Shown here one piece after another: positions 37,776-49,119 of a DNA stretch of 64,000 nt (position 1 is its first letter; each line of letters begins with the position of its first letter). The notes under the pieces are model-generated. The model saw nothing but the letters and a program-made list of their open reading frames with translations, was not told the origin of the DNA and did not search any database. This DNA is from Macrostomum lignano (lineage: Eukaryota), in the NCBI GenBank assembly GCA_002269645.1, contig NIVC01002906.1, positions 66,560 through 130,559 of the forward strand. Direction: 5' to 3'. The translations under genes and the position numbers were made by a program.

Positions 37776-38995
37776 ATCCGCCACTGAACCTGCCCCCCCC
37801 TAAATCCACCACTGAACCTGCCCCCCCCCCTAAATCCACCACTGAACCTGCTCCCCCCTAAATCCACCACTGAACCTGCCCCCCCTAAATCCACCACTGA
37901 ACCTGCCCCCCTCCCTAAATCCACCACTGAACCTGCCCCCCCCCTAAATCCACCACTGAACCTGCCCCCCCTAAATCCACCACTGAACCTGCCCCCCTAA
38001 ATCCACCACTGAACCTGCCCCCCCTAAATCCACCACTGAACCTGCCCCCCCCCTAAATCCACCACTGAACCTGCCCCCCCCCCCCCAAATCCACCAATGA
38101 ACCTGCCACCCCCCCTAAATCCACCACTGAACCTGCCCCCGCCTAAATCCACCACTGAACCTGCCCCCCCTAAATCCACCACTGAACCTGCCCCCCCTAA
38201 ATCCACCACTGAACCTGCCCCCCGCCTAAATCCACCACTGAACCTGCCCCCCCCCTAAATCCACCACTGAACCTGCCCCCCCCCCCTAAATCCACCACTG
38301 AACCTGCTCCCCCCTAAATCCACCACTGAACCTGCCCCCCTAAATCCACCACTGAACCTGCCCCCCCCCTAAATCCACCACTGAACCTGCCCCCCCTAAA
38401 TCCACCACTGAACCTGCCCCCCCCTAAATCCACCACTGAACCTGCCCCCCCTAAATCCACCACTGAACCTGCCCCCCCTAAATCCACCACTGAACCTGCC
38501 CCCCCCTAAATCCACCACTGAACCTGCCCCCCCCCCCCTAAATCCACCAATGAACCTGCCACCCCCCTAAATCCACCACTGAACCTGCCCCCGCCTAAAT
38601 CCACCACTGAACCTGCCCCCCCCCTAAATCCACCACTGAACCTGCCCCCCCTAAATCCACCACTGAACCTGCCCCCCCCCCTAAATCCACCACTGAACCT
38701 GCCCCCCCTAAATCCACCACTGAACCTGCCCCCCCACTAAATCCACCACTGAACCTGCCCCCCCCTAAATCCACCACTGAACCTGCCCCCCCCTAAATCC
38801 ACCACTGAACCTGCCCCCCCCTAAATCCACCACTGAACCTGCCCCCCCCCTAAATCCACCACTGAACCTGCCCCCCCCTAAATCCACCACTGAACCTGCC
38901 CCCCCTAAATCCACCACTGAACCTGCCCCCCCCTAAATCCACCACTGAACCTGCCCCCCCCCCTAAATCCACCACTGAACCTGCCCCCCCCCCAC
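37776..38995. repeat. About 27-31-bp minisatellite (TAAATCCACCACTGAACCTG-Cn) with variable C-run, over 40 copies
   Basis: Direct reading. Confidence 0.95.
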
Positions 38996-39647
38996 TTTTT
39001 GAAACGTTCCTACGCCTATGCTTTTGAGATTTACAAAATTTATTTAGCAATGCAATACGCCCTTGCTTTAAAAATGGAATGCAATACTCTGATGTCAGGC
39101 TGGACCTCTTTTGAATTCCAATGGAGTTCAGGCTCCGGTCTTGAGATAGTTTTTAGCCGTCAAGAATCAAGATGACACACCGAGACGGGGGCCTAATAAC
39201 GTGGCCCATTAAAACAAGAAGATCTAGAACTTTAGAGGGACAGGATAAAAGGTCAGGCTTTGGTTTGAGGTTAGGGAAAATAGCCAACCCAAACCCTCCG
39301 ATAACAGCTCATGGATTCGTCTTCGTTCTTCCACGCACAGAAGGAATATACACTGTATTTGAGTTTGAGCGTTCTAATATTCTAACAGCCTAATGGGATT
39401 GAAAATCGTTGCTTTTCTCTTGGCTTCACTGTCCAATTGAAGTGCATCCCAATCCAATCAAAAAAGGAATAAAAAAATACCGAATTTTCGAAGAAAAAAA
39501 GTAGACGCAATGGAAGCGCTACAGCTCTGCTCAAATAATATTGCCAGTAACTTAAAAAAACCATTCACTTGCTCCTGCAACGGTTACACGCAAATAAAAA
39601 TGGAATACGGCAGCGACAGTTAAAGAGAGCGCCACAAGTTATACAGC

Positions 39648-41294
39648 TCAAGCAACGGGCACTGCGTACAAGTTACTCAGGGACTTTCGCCTTCTCCGGC
39701 GCAGCGCCGCCTCGCCACTTTGGGATCGCAGGCGTCGCCGGTCCATCGCTTTGTAGGCGAATCCGCTCAGCGGCGGCTCGCCGGCTTTGGCCGGGTAGTT
39801 CGGCACCGGCCACTTCACCACCGTCCGTGTTGCTGAGGCAGGCGATGCAAACTCGGCACTTGCCGACAGCGTCGCTGGCGTTCGGATTGGCAGTCTCGAC
39901 ACCTCGCAACAGGTCGGATAGCAAAGGTTGGTCAGCAGAGCAGCGCTGCTCAGCCAGAGGGTCGGAGCGCGGCCTCCGTCTCTCGCCAGCAGGCGGCTGG
40001 TGATGCTCAGTCGGCGAAGCAGCTCCCAGTCGGCGCAATAATAGCACACCTGCAGGTGTACATGCAATAAACCGTTATTTTCTCGAATAGCTCTGTTACC
40101 TTTCCTTTACCTTTCTGCAGGGAAAATTTCTCAAGAGGGTCAATGGATTCGCCCTTTAGCAGGAAGTACAGGCATTTCGCCACTACTTATTTGTAATTTT
40201 AAAAACGTACAACGTTGTGCAGACCAGCAACTGTACTAGAAGCGGCTGTCCGCTCCGACATCAGCCGGTAATGACGCGGCGGTTCGAGTGGCTCGGCAAT
40301 CGAGACGGCCACGGAGGCGAACGGTCCCAGACAGCAGCTGGACTCGTGCGGAGCCGGGTGCCGCCTGCGTCGGCTGGTTGGATTCGGCGGCTGCGGCGAC
40401 GACGGGGGAGTAGACGGAGCAACGGTACAGCTGGGCTGCCTCCTCCGTGGCTTGGGCACCGGGGGTGGAGTGGTGCTGCCAACTCGTTCGCGATCTCGGA
40501 GCAGGCGCCGAAGCTGACGGAGGTCCGTCGTCGAACTTCCAGCGCTGTCGGCGTCTTCGATGGCGGAGGCGACCTGCCAAGGTGGCGCGATTCAATCGCA
40601 CACACAAGACTGAGAGCATGTTAAATACAAGCGACAAATCGACACTCAACATTTCCCATCCGTTTATTACTGCTGAAACCAGTCATTTATTGTGACTCTC
40701 GTCCCATTTTTAAACTCCCTTTTTGGTCGTTCAGTCTCCCTGTTATTTTGTAGCAGTGAGATAACGGAAATATGCGGTTGGGGTGCATTTATCAGCAAGT
40801 TGTGAACTGTAACTTGAAGTGTAAGTTTTGATTTTACTGTAATATGTATTTCAGTCCTAGCAAACCCTCACCTGTCTAGCCGGAGTGACAGCAGCAGAGT
40901 ACATCTCCGCTGCCGATCGCATCCTGTTGGCCCAATACTGCTTGGGCGCCGCAGGCTGGCAGCCTAAATCACCTAGTTTAAGCCGGTGATAAACTTCCAT
41001 GAAGTTAATTGGCGCCTCGTCGTCAATCCGCGATCTTCTGATCCGATCTGATGGCTTTGACGGCTTTAGCAGTGACGTTCCAAACATCGCCTCGTCTCCT
41101 TCCTCGTCTTCAGCGTCATCGTTCGACAAGTCAGATTCCAGCCAGTTGTTGCAGCGCTTCCTCGCTTTGAACACGGCCGCTCGGCGCTGCAGGCGGAGGC
41201 TGGGACCGCCGAAGAACTGCTGCTGCTGCTGCTGAGACCCTCGGCGAGAGTTGAAGTCCGAGTCGCCGCTGCACGCAGCTGAATGCCGGTCCAT
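39648..41294 (-). CDS. Orphan three-exon gene, about 395 aa, Ser/Arg/Pro-rich; exons 41294-40872, 40573-40211, 40049-39648
   Basis: The ATG is at 41294. Donors are GTGAGG and GTACGT, acceptors are TTGGCAG and CTGCAG. All exon lengths are multiples of 3 (423, 363, 402) with no internal stops. No recognisable domain. Confidence 0.68.
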
Positions 41295-43446
41295 CGAGGG
41301 CAAGTTTTTTACTCCAGCTTCCTAGCTTAAAAGTAAATAGCACCTCGTCTATTTGGCCACTTGCTACGCTACTTTAGCTGAGAACAAAACCTATAGAAAT
41401 TATCGGCCACAGACAAATTGGCAAATGTCTGTTAAATATAGAAAGATGTCAATCATAATTATAATGATAGGTCCGCTACCGCCACATAGAATATTCAGAG
41501 TGTAATCAATGATCAGTGTTTACCGGTAGAGTTACGGGCTTTAAGTACGAACAGACTATAAACACAACTAATATCGATCCACTAATACTAACAATAATAA
41601 CTACTACTAATACCATTATATACCATTTCAAAAACGCTAGAACCGATTCAAACAAGCATTCGCTGTCATGATGGAGAGATTAAAAAGCAATTTCCTGGTT
41701 ATCTTGGTTGTGTTAGAACGTTCATTGCTTGCACTTCAGTCTGCATCTATTAAGATTCGTGTTCCTAACTAATTCTTAGTTGTATTTTTCAATACTGTAT
41801 TTTACTATGCGACTCTATCTGTAAATAGCCAGAGGCCTTGTGTGAGAACTGAGGCGAAGCTTATATTAACAGTAGGAATACCAAGCAGCATGGTGTCCAT
41901 AGTCACCTGGTATCATCTGTTGAAGGAGCCGACTGCATCGGGGTGATGACGGGATGCTTGAGAGACCAGCTGAGGATGCCCAGCAGTTGAGGCTTGATCG
42001 GCGAAACTAGATAATTTTAGGTAGATAATTTTTCAACAGCAAAGCTGTTGCAACCTGGTGTCGCCTGTTGAAGATCCAGAAGCTCCGCCTGGGTGAAGGC
42101 CAGTGACCAACGAAGTCAAATACGAGCTAAAGAGTACGAGTACGAGCTAAAGATGGCTGGACGAGGGCAACCACGGACATAGTTACACGCCCAAGAAGCT
42201 TATTTAAGATTTAGAGATGCACACCTGTACGAGCGACACTGTCCGGTCCCTGCTTCAAAGCAGACGCCCAAACGCAGGTCTCTCCGGAGGAGCTGGACAG
42301 TGGCACCTCGGTCGCCACCGACATATCCGCTCCCGGAATCAGGGGTGGTTCGACGGGCCACCAAAGCTTAGCCAGGAGGAAAGTGAGAACCCGCTCCGAG
42401 TCCACGCCTATGACTAACGCTGCAACAACCACCGGAAATTTTTGTGCGGCAAAACCTGTGGCGCCCAAGATCACCAGCGGAAGAAGAGCACTAACTTATG
42501 AACTTAAAATTAACCTGCTAACCAAATTAACCTAAGATTGGCCCTATAAGAAATTAATTCATACTATTAGATCGCAAGACCTCTCCTACCTCCTTGAATT
42601 TCAAACCCTATAAATATATATAACGTTACTATTTCGATCATTTATTTTCAGATAGATGCTAGATCCTAATCTTTGATTTCTATGCAAGGAACTCAAAAAA
42701 AGGGGAATGATAAAGTAAAAAGAAGCCAAAATAAAAGAACGCCAAGCCATGTAAGATTTGGTTGCAATAAGTGAAAGTGCAAAGAAAGATAAGCCGTCTA
42801 AATGGGACCATATTAGGACGATTCAAAAAGGAACGAAACAAAAAATTCACTTGTGAGGATTTACAACTTTGGCTTGGGGCTTATAAAATAAGAAGGAAAC
42901 AATGTGAAAATGAAACCTTCATTGCACGACTATCTATATCAAATAAGAGTACAACAGAGTAACATGAAACAATGATGTTTTCCTATCTCCGTAGTGTATT
43001 TTTTCAGGAAATTGGCCCCATAAAAATGACACGAGTTTTAGGTCCTGTTATGCTACAATGGCCCTTGACTATGACTACATCAAAGTCAGAAGACAAGGCT
43101 GGGACAGAGAGAACTACGCCAAAGGAGACCAGAGGGTCTTACACAAAGTACGTATTGCAATAGACAGGTGAAAAAAGGCGTACTGTATGTACATAACAAA
43201 CTAAAGATTGTGCATGCCAAATAAAAGGAAGGGACTATGGAAAAGACGGACCGGACCGGAACGCGACTGACCCCAATAAAACAGCATATTTACAATGAAC
43301 TTCCACGAAACCTCAGAGTTGAAGCATATCTATGGTAAAACTTCACAAAAAACTTTCAACCATATGCAAAGGAATATATGAGTGCACGATTCTTATAAAC
43401 AATCTGCAAAAGCATCTACTCCTAGCTGCTGCATCAACCAATCGGC

Positions 43447-45326
43447 ATGCGCATCTGTTTGAGCTGTCGCGAGCCCATCGACGGCGGAGCGGTCGTGTCA
43501 GAGGGGAACTTTTATCACCCGGAGCATTTCTGCTGCCACCGGTGCCGCCAGCCGATTGGCGAGGGCTTTCATTCGTGAGTTAGTCGGAGTGCTAAACTTG
43601 ATTTCTGCTTCCAGAAGAGTGCGTTTGCGTTGTAAATGAGATTCGAACATGCTAGAGCATAATACTTTCCCTTGGGCATCCGCTTCAACAGCTACAAGAT
43701 GTGGCGCCTGTGCGACAGCTGCTTTCCCAGACCTGTGTGCCATTCGAACAATTGCTCTCATCAGGACAGACGGATCGGGCAGAAGTCGGGCACATTCTAC
43801 CGGCTGCCTACTGGCGACAGGCTTGAAGCATTTCACAGTTCGCACACTCTCAGGTGTGCTGACATTTTCAAGAAATTTAATGCATAAGATCAACATTTTA
43901 TTGTTAAATGCACATTTATATTAGATAGGAAGACTTTTGTGCAAGACAATCAGTTACAGTGCCAATACAGTGGGTAGGGGGAGTGCCAAGGAAGGCTGGG
44001 GAGTGCCAAGGAAGGCAGAGGAGCGCCAAAGAAGGCAGGGGAGTGCCAAGGTAGGGAGTGCCAAGGTAGGGGGAGTGCCAAGAAAGGCATGGGAGCGCCA
44101 AGGAAGTCAGGGGAGCGCCAAGGAAGTCAGGGGAGCGCCAATGAAGTCAGGGGAGCGCCAAGGAAGTCAGGGGAGCGCCAAGGAAATCAGGGGAGCGCCA
44201 AGGAAGTCAGGGGAGCGCCAAGGAAGTCAGGGGAGCGCCAAGGAAGTCAGGGGAGCGCCAAGGAAGTCAGGGGAGCGCCAATGAAGTCAGGGGAGCGCCA
44301 AGGAAGTCAGGGGAGCGCCAAGGAAGTCAGGGGAGCGCCAAGGAAGTCAGGGGAGCGCCAAGGAAGTCAGGGGAGCGCCAAGGAAGTCAGGGGAGCGCCA
44401 AGGAAGTCAGGGGAGCGCCAAGGAAGTCAGGGGAGCGCCAAGGAAGTCAGGGGAGCGCCAGGGGAGCGCCAAGGAAGTCAGGGGAGTGCCAAGGATACAC
44501 GGAGGGAGTGTTATATGCACAAAAGAACAAGAGAGAGCCGGATGTACGCTCGTATTGGATGTCAAAGAAGGCATGTGAAGTGCCAAAATAATCACTCGCA
44601 TTCCCCTAAACAATCTTGCTTCACTGCAGGTGCTGCGTCTGCGGTCGCGGCATCTTCTGCGCCGGGGCGCCGGCCTCCGAGAGCCTCGCCTATCACCTGA
44701 ACGACGGCCGGCCCAACTGCACGCGCTGCTACTATCATCTAAACCAGTTCGGACGCTGGCAGCGCCTGCCGGACACCACGGCGGACAGCAAGTCGGCGGC
44801 CGGTACCAAGAGATTCCAGCCGCCATTGCCGGACGAAATGGCGCCGCTTGCTCAGGCGGAGCAGCAGCAGCAGGCGCAGCAACAGACGCAACTGGCGCAA
44901 CAGCTTGCAAACCCGCCCAGTCAAGATAAGCAGATCGATTCTCTTCCACTTCCCGCGCAGACAAGATCAGATCAGAAAAACCGGCCAGATAAGCAGAAGA
45001 AGCGGGATCAGAAAAAGCAGGATAAAAAGATGGGGGAACAGAAGATCCCGGCCAAATCTGCCCGGAGTAAAACGGCCCCGGCCACGGCCAGACAAAAGAC
45101 GCCGGACAAGAAGCCGCCCGCTAAGAAGGCGCAGCCGAGCCAGAAGAAGACGCCGGCGGGTCAGAAGCAGGCGCGGAGTGCCAGCCAGCCGGAGCGGCCC
45201 AAGCCGTCGGCACCGAGTGGCGGCTCGAAACCCCGCGCCGCAGCCAAGCAGCCGAAGACGCCAAAGCAGAGCAAGCCAAAGAGTCAGAAGAGCAGCAAAC
45301 CGAAGGGTCGCAAAGGCAAGCGATAG
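43447..45326 (+). CDS. LIM-domain protein (one canonical and one atypical LIM) with Lys/Gln/Pro-rich basic tail; exons 43447(or 43426)-43574, 43692-43853, 44630-45326
   Basis: The spliced product gives CLSC-x16-HPEHFCCHRC-x16-CDSCF, then CHSNNC...FHSSHTLRCCVC...CTRCY. Phase-2 junctions are compatible. An acceptor at 43425 means an upstream exon is possible. Confidence 0.8.
43978..44495. repeat. 20-bp minisatellite (GGGAGCGCCAAGGAAGTCAG) in LIM-gene intron 2
   Basis: Direct reading. Confidence 0.92.
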
Positions 45327-45606
45327 ATGAGGAATCCGCTGACTTAAAGAATCACTGCGCTGAAGATTAACGTACTTATAGCGTATTAACGTATAACGTT
45401 ACGTATCTTATTATCAAATTATAGCTATTTAGCTTTAGGTATAGCTCTGGTATGACACTTTACCTGTATATGTTGAACTCTATTTGCTTTTTCTTGGCCC
45501 GTGTCCGCCCCTTGACCTGCCTCTCTCCTTCTGGCAATCTCCAGAAGCTATACCTTGGATATAGCTTCTCGGGATAGCTGCCCCGGGATGGATTTAAAAC
45601 GAAAAA

Positions 45607-48236
45607 ACAGATCATGGATAGAGACACAATCAGATAAACAGATCATGGATAGAGACACAATGGGATAAATAGATCATGGATAGAGACACAATCAGATAAA
45701 CAGATCATGGATAGAGACACAATCAGATAAATAGATCATGGATAGAGACACAATCAGATAAATAGATCATGGATAGAGACACAATGGGATAAATAGATCA
45801 TGGATAGAGACACAATGGGATAAACAGATCATGGATAGAGACACAATGAGATAAACAGATCATGGATAGAGACACAATGAGATAAACAGATCATGGATAG
45901 AGACACAATGAGATAAACAGATCATGGATAGAGACACAATGGGATAAATAGATCATGGATAGAGACACAATGGGATAAACAGATCATGGATAAAGACACA
46001 ATGAGATAAACAGATCATGGATAGAGACACAATCAGATAAACAGATCATGGATAGAGACACAATGAGATAAGCAGATCATGGATAGAGACACAATGGGAT
46101 AAATAGATCATGGATAGACACAATGAGATAAACAGATCATGGATAGAGACACAATGAGATAAATAGATCATGGATAGAGACACAATGAGATAAATAGATC
46201 ATGGATAGAGACACAATGAGATAAACAGATCATGGATAGAGACACAATGGGATAAATAGATCATGGATAGAGACACAATCAGATAAACAGATCATGGATA
46301 GAGACACAATGAGATCAACAGATCATGGATAGAGACACAATGAGATAAACAGATCATGGATAGAGACACAATCAGATAAACAGATCATGGATAGAGACAC
46401 AATCAGATAAATAGATCATGGATAGAGACACAATCAGATAAATAGATCATGGATAGAGACACAATGGGATAAATAGATCATGGATAGAGACACAATGGGA
46501 TAAACAGATCATGGATAGAGACACAATGAGATAAACAGATCATGGATAGAGACACAATGAGATAAACAGATCATGGATAGAGACACAATGAGATAAACAG
46601 ATCATGGATAGAGACACAATGGGATAAATAGATCATGGATAGAGACACAATGGGATAAACAGATCATGGATAAAGACACAATGAGATAAACAGATCATGG
46701 ATAGAGACACAATCAGATAAACAGATCATGGATAGAGACACAATGAGATAAACAGATCATGGATAGAGACACAATGGGATAAATAGATCATGGATAGAGA
46801 CACAATGAGATAAATATATCATGGATAGAGACACAATGAGATAAACAGATCATGGATAGAGACACAATGGGATAAATAGATCATGGATAGAGACACAATG
46901 AGATAAACAGATCATGGATAGAGACACAATGAGATCAACAGATCATGGATAGAGACACAATGAGATAAACAGATCATGGATAGAGACACAATCAGATAAA
47001 CAGATCATGGATAGAGACACAATGGGATAAATAGATCATGGATAGAGACACAATGAGATAAATAGATCATGGATAGAGACACAATGAGATAAACAGATCA
47101 TGGATAGAGACACAATGGGATAAATAGATCATGGATAGAGACACAATGGGATAAATAGATCATGGAAAGAGACACAATGAGATAAATAGATCATGGATAG
47201 AGACACAATGAGATAAACAGATCATGGATAGAGACACAATGGGATAAATAGATCATGGATAGAGACACAATGAGATAAACAGATCATGGATAGAGACACA
47301 ATGAGATAAACAGATCATGGATAGAGACACAATGAGATAAACAGATCATGGATAGAGACACAATGAGATAAACAGATCATGGATAGAGACACAATGAGAT
47401 AAACAGATCATGGATAGAGACACAATGGGATAAATAGATCATGGATAGAGACACAATGAGATAAACAGATCATGGATAGAGACACAATGGGATAAATAGA
47501 TCATGGATAGAGACACAATGAGATAAATAGATCATGGATAGACACAATGAGATAAACAGATCATGGATAGAGACACAATGGGATAAATAGATCATGGATA
47601 GACACAATGAGATAAACAGATCATGGATAGAGACACAATGAGATAAACAGATCATGGATAGAGACACAATGAGATAAACAGATCATGGATAGAGACACAA
47701 TGGGATAAATAGATCATGGATAGAGACACAATGAGATAAACAGATCATGGATAGAGACACAATGAGATAAATAGATCATGGATAGAGACACAATCAGATA
47801 AACAGATCATGGATAGAGACACAATGAGATAAACAGATCATGGATAGAGACACAATGGGATAAATAGATCATGGATAGAGACACAATGAGATAAACAGAT
47901 CATGGATAGAGACACAATGAGATAAACAGATCATGGATAGAGACACAATGAGATAAACAGATCATGGATAGAGACACAATGAGATAAACAGATCATGGAT
48001 AGAGACACAATGAGATAAATAGATCATGGATAGAGACACAATGAGATAAATAGATCATGGATAGAGACACAATGGGATAAATAGATCATGGATAGAGACA
48101 CAATGAGATAAATAGATCATGGATAGAGACACAATGAGATAAACAGATCATGGATAGAGACACAATGAGATAAACAGATCATGGATAGAGACACAATGAG
48201 ATAAACAGATCATGGATAGTGACAGAATGAGATAAA
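45607..48236. repeat. 31-bp minisatellite (ACAGATCATGGATAGAGACACAATGAGATAA), about 85 copies
   Basis: Direct reading. Variants are TCAG/TGGG/TGAG and AAAC/AAAT. Confidence 0.96.
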
Positions 48237-48644
48237 CCGACCAATGGGAGACAGACCATGCTTTATCGTTCTCACCTTACATTACATTTCATACTCTTAC
48301 ATTTAATAATTGATTTGAAGCGCATTGAATTGAAGTCATTATTATAAACTAATAAGGAAGGAAGGAAGCAGACTTATAAGATTTTATTTTTGAACTTGTA
48401 GCCATAAAATTAGTTTGTTAATTCTTTATTTATAACAAAAAACAGTTTCTTGCAGGCACAAGGAGATCAGGCACTACAAGGGACTCAAACATAGGCTAAA
48501 GGCTTGATCAAATAAAAACTGGGTTTACAAATAAAAAATTAGCATTCTTAGGTATTTCCCCAGAAAAAAACTTATTAACAAAAATTAGGAACTCTTCTTT
48601 GAATGCGCTTCTTAATTTCGAATCGAGAAGGACTCGAAAGGTCA

Positions 48645-48872
48645 AACTGAAATGTCGGGGGTTCGATTCTCGACCCACTCGGAACAATTTGTGTCCTTGA
48701 GCAAGACACTTAACTCTGCATTGTTTCAGTTCACCCAGCTGTAAAATGGGTGCCAGCATTAGCTGGGGTAATTGAGGGTGTGTGGCGACCCCCCAGTCCA
48801 ATGGCAGCGGCTGAGCTGTCGGTTGCACATCTGCCCATTAGGACAGGTGTTAAGCAATTATTATTACTATTA
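48645..48872 (+). mobile_element. tRNA-derived SINE with CORE-like central domain and (ATT)n tail, 5'-truncated or eroded
   Basis: B box GGTTCGATTC at 48660. CCTTGAGCAAGACACTTAAC...TCAGTT...CTGTAAAATGGG resembles the MIR/CORE domain. The ATT-repeat tail is at 48857-48871. No A box seen. Confidence 0.75.
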
Positions 48873-49119
48873 GAATGAAGGAGAAGGAAAGCGGGGATCA
48901 GGGAGAAGAGAAATGAACTGAGGGAAAATGGAAAATGGAGCAGAACACCAAAGTATTCAAAGTCGTAGTAAAGTGCCAGCCTGCAGAGCATTGCGTTACC
49001 TCCGCGCTAAAACACCGCAAGAAACCAAAGCCCAGATCATGTACATAGGAATTAAGCAGCGAGTTTGCCTCAGTCATCCAAGGCTACAGTGATGGCGAGG
49101 CTTCCTTCAACAGCGCCAG

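Larger units (their letters stand above)
36008..39020. mobile_element. 3,013-bp non-autonomous hAT-like element with 16-bp TIR CATAGGCGTAGGAACG and 8-bp TSD CTTTTGAG, inflated by two minisatellites
   Basis: TIRs are at 36008-36023 and 39005-39020. CTTTTGAG lies at 36000-36007 and 39021-39028. Confidence 0.92.

Noticed and set aside
41900-42540. GC-richer stretch with an open plus frame after a possible acceptor at about 42215
   Set aside because: It could not be linked to a start or to the LIM gene and ends in a stop. Left unannotated.
48645-48700. tRNA gene suggested by GGTTCGATTC
   Set aside because: No A box or cloverleaf is present, and the sequence continues into a SINE body.
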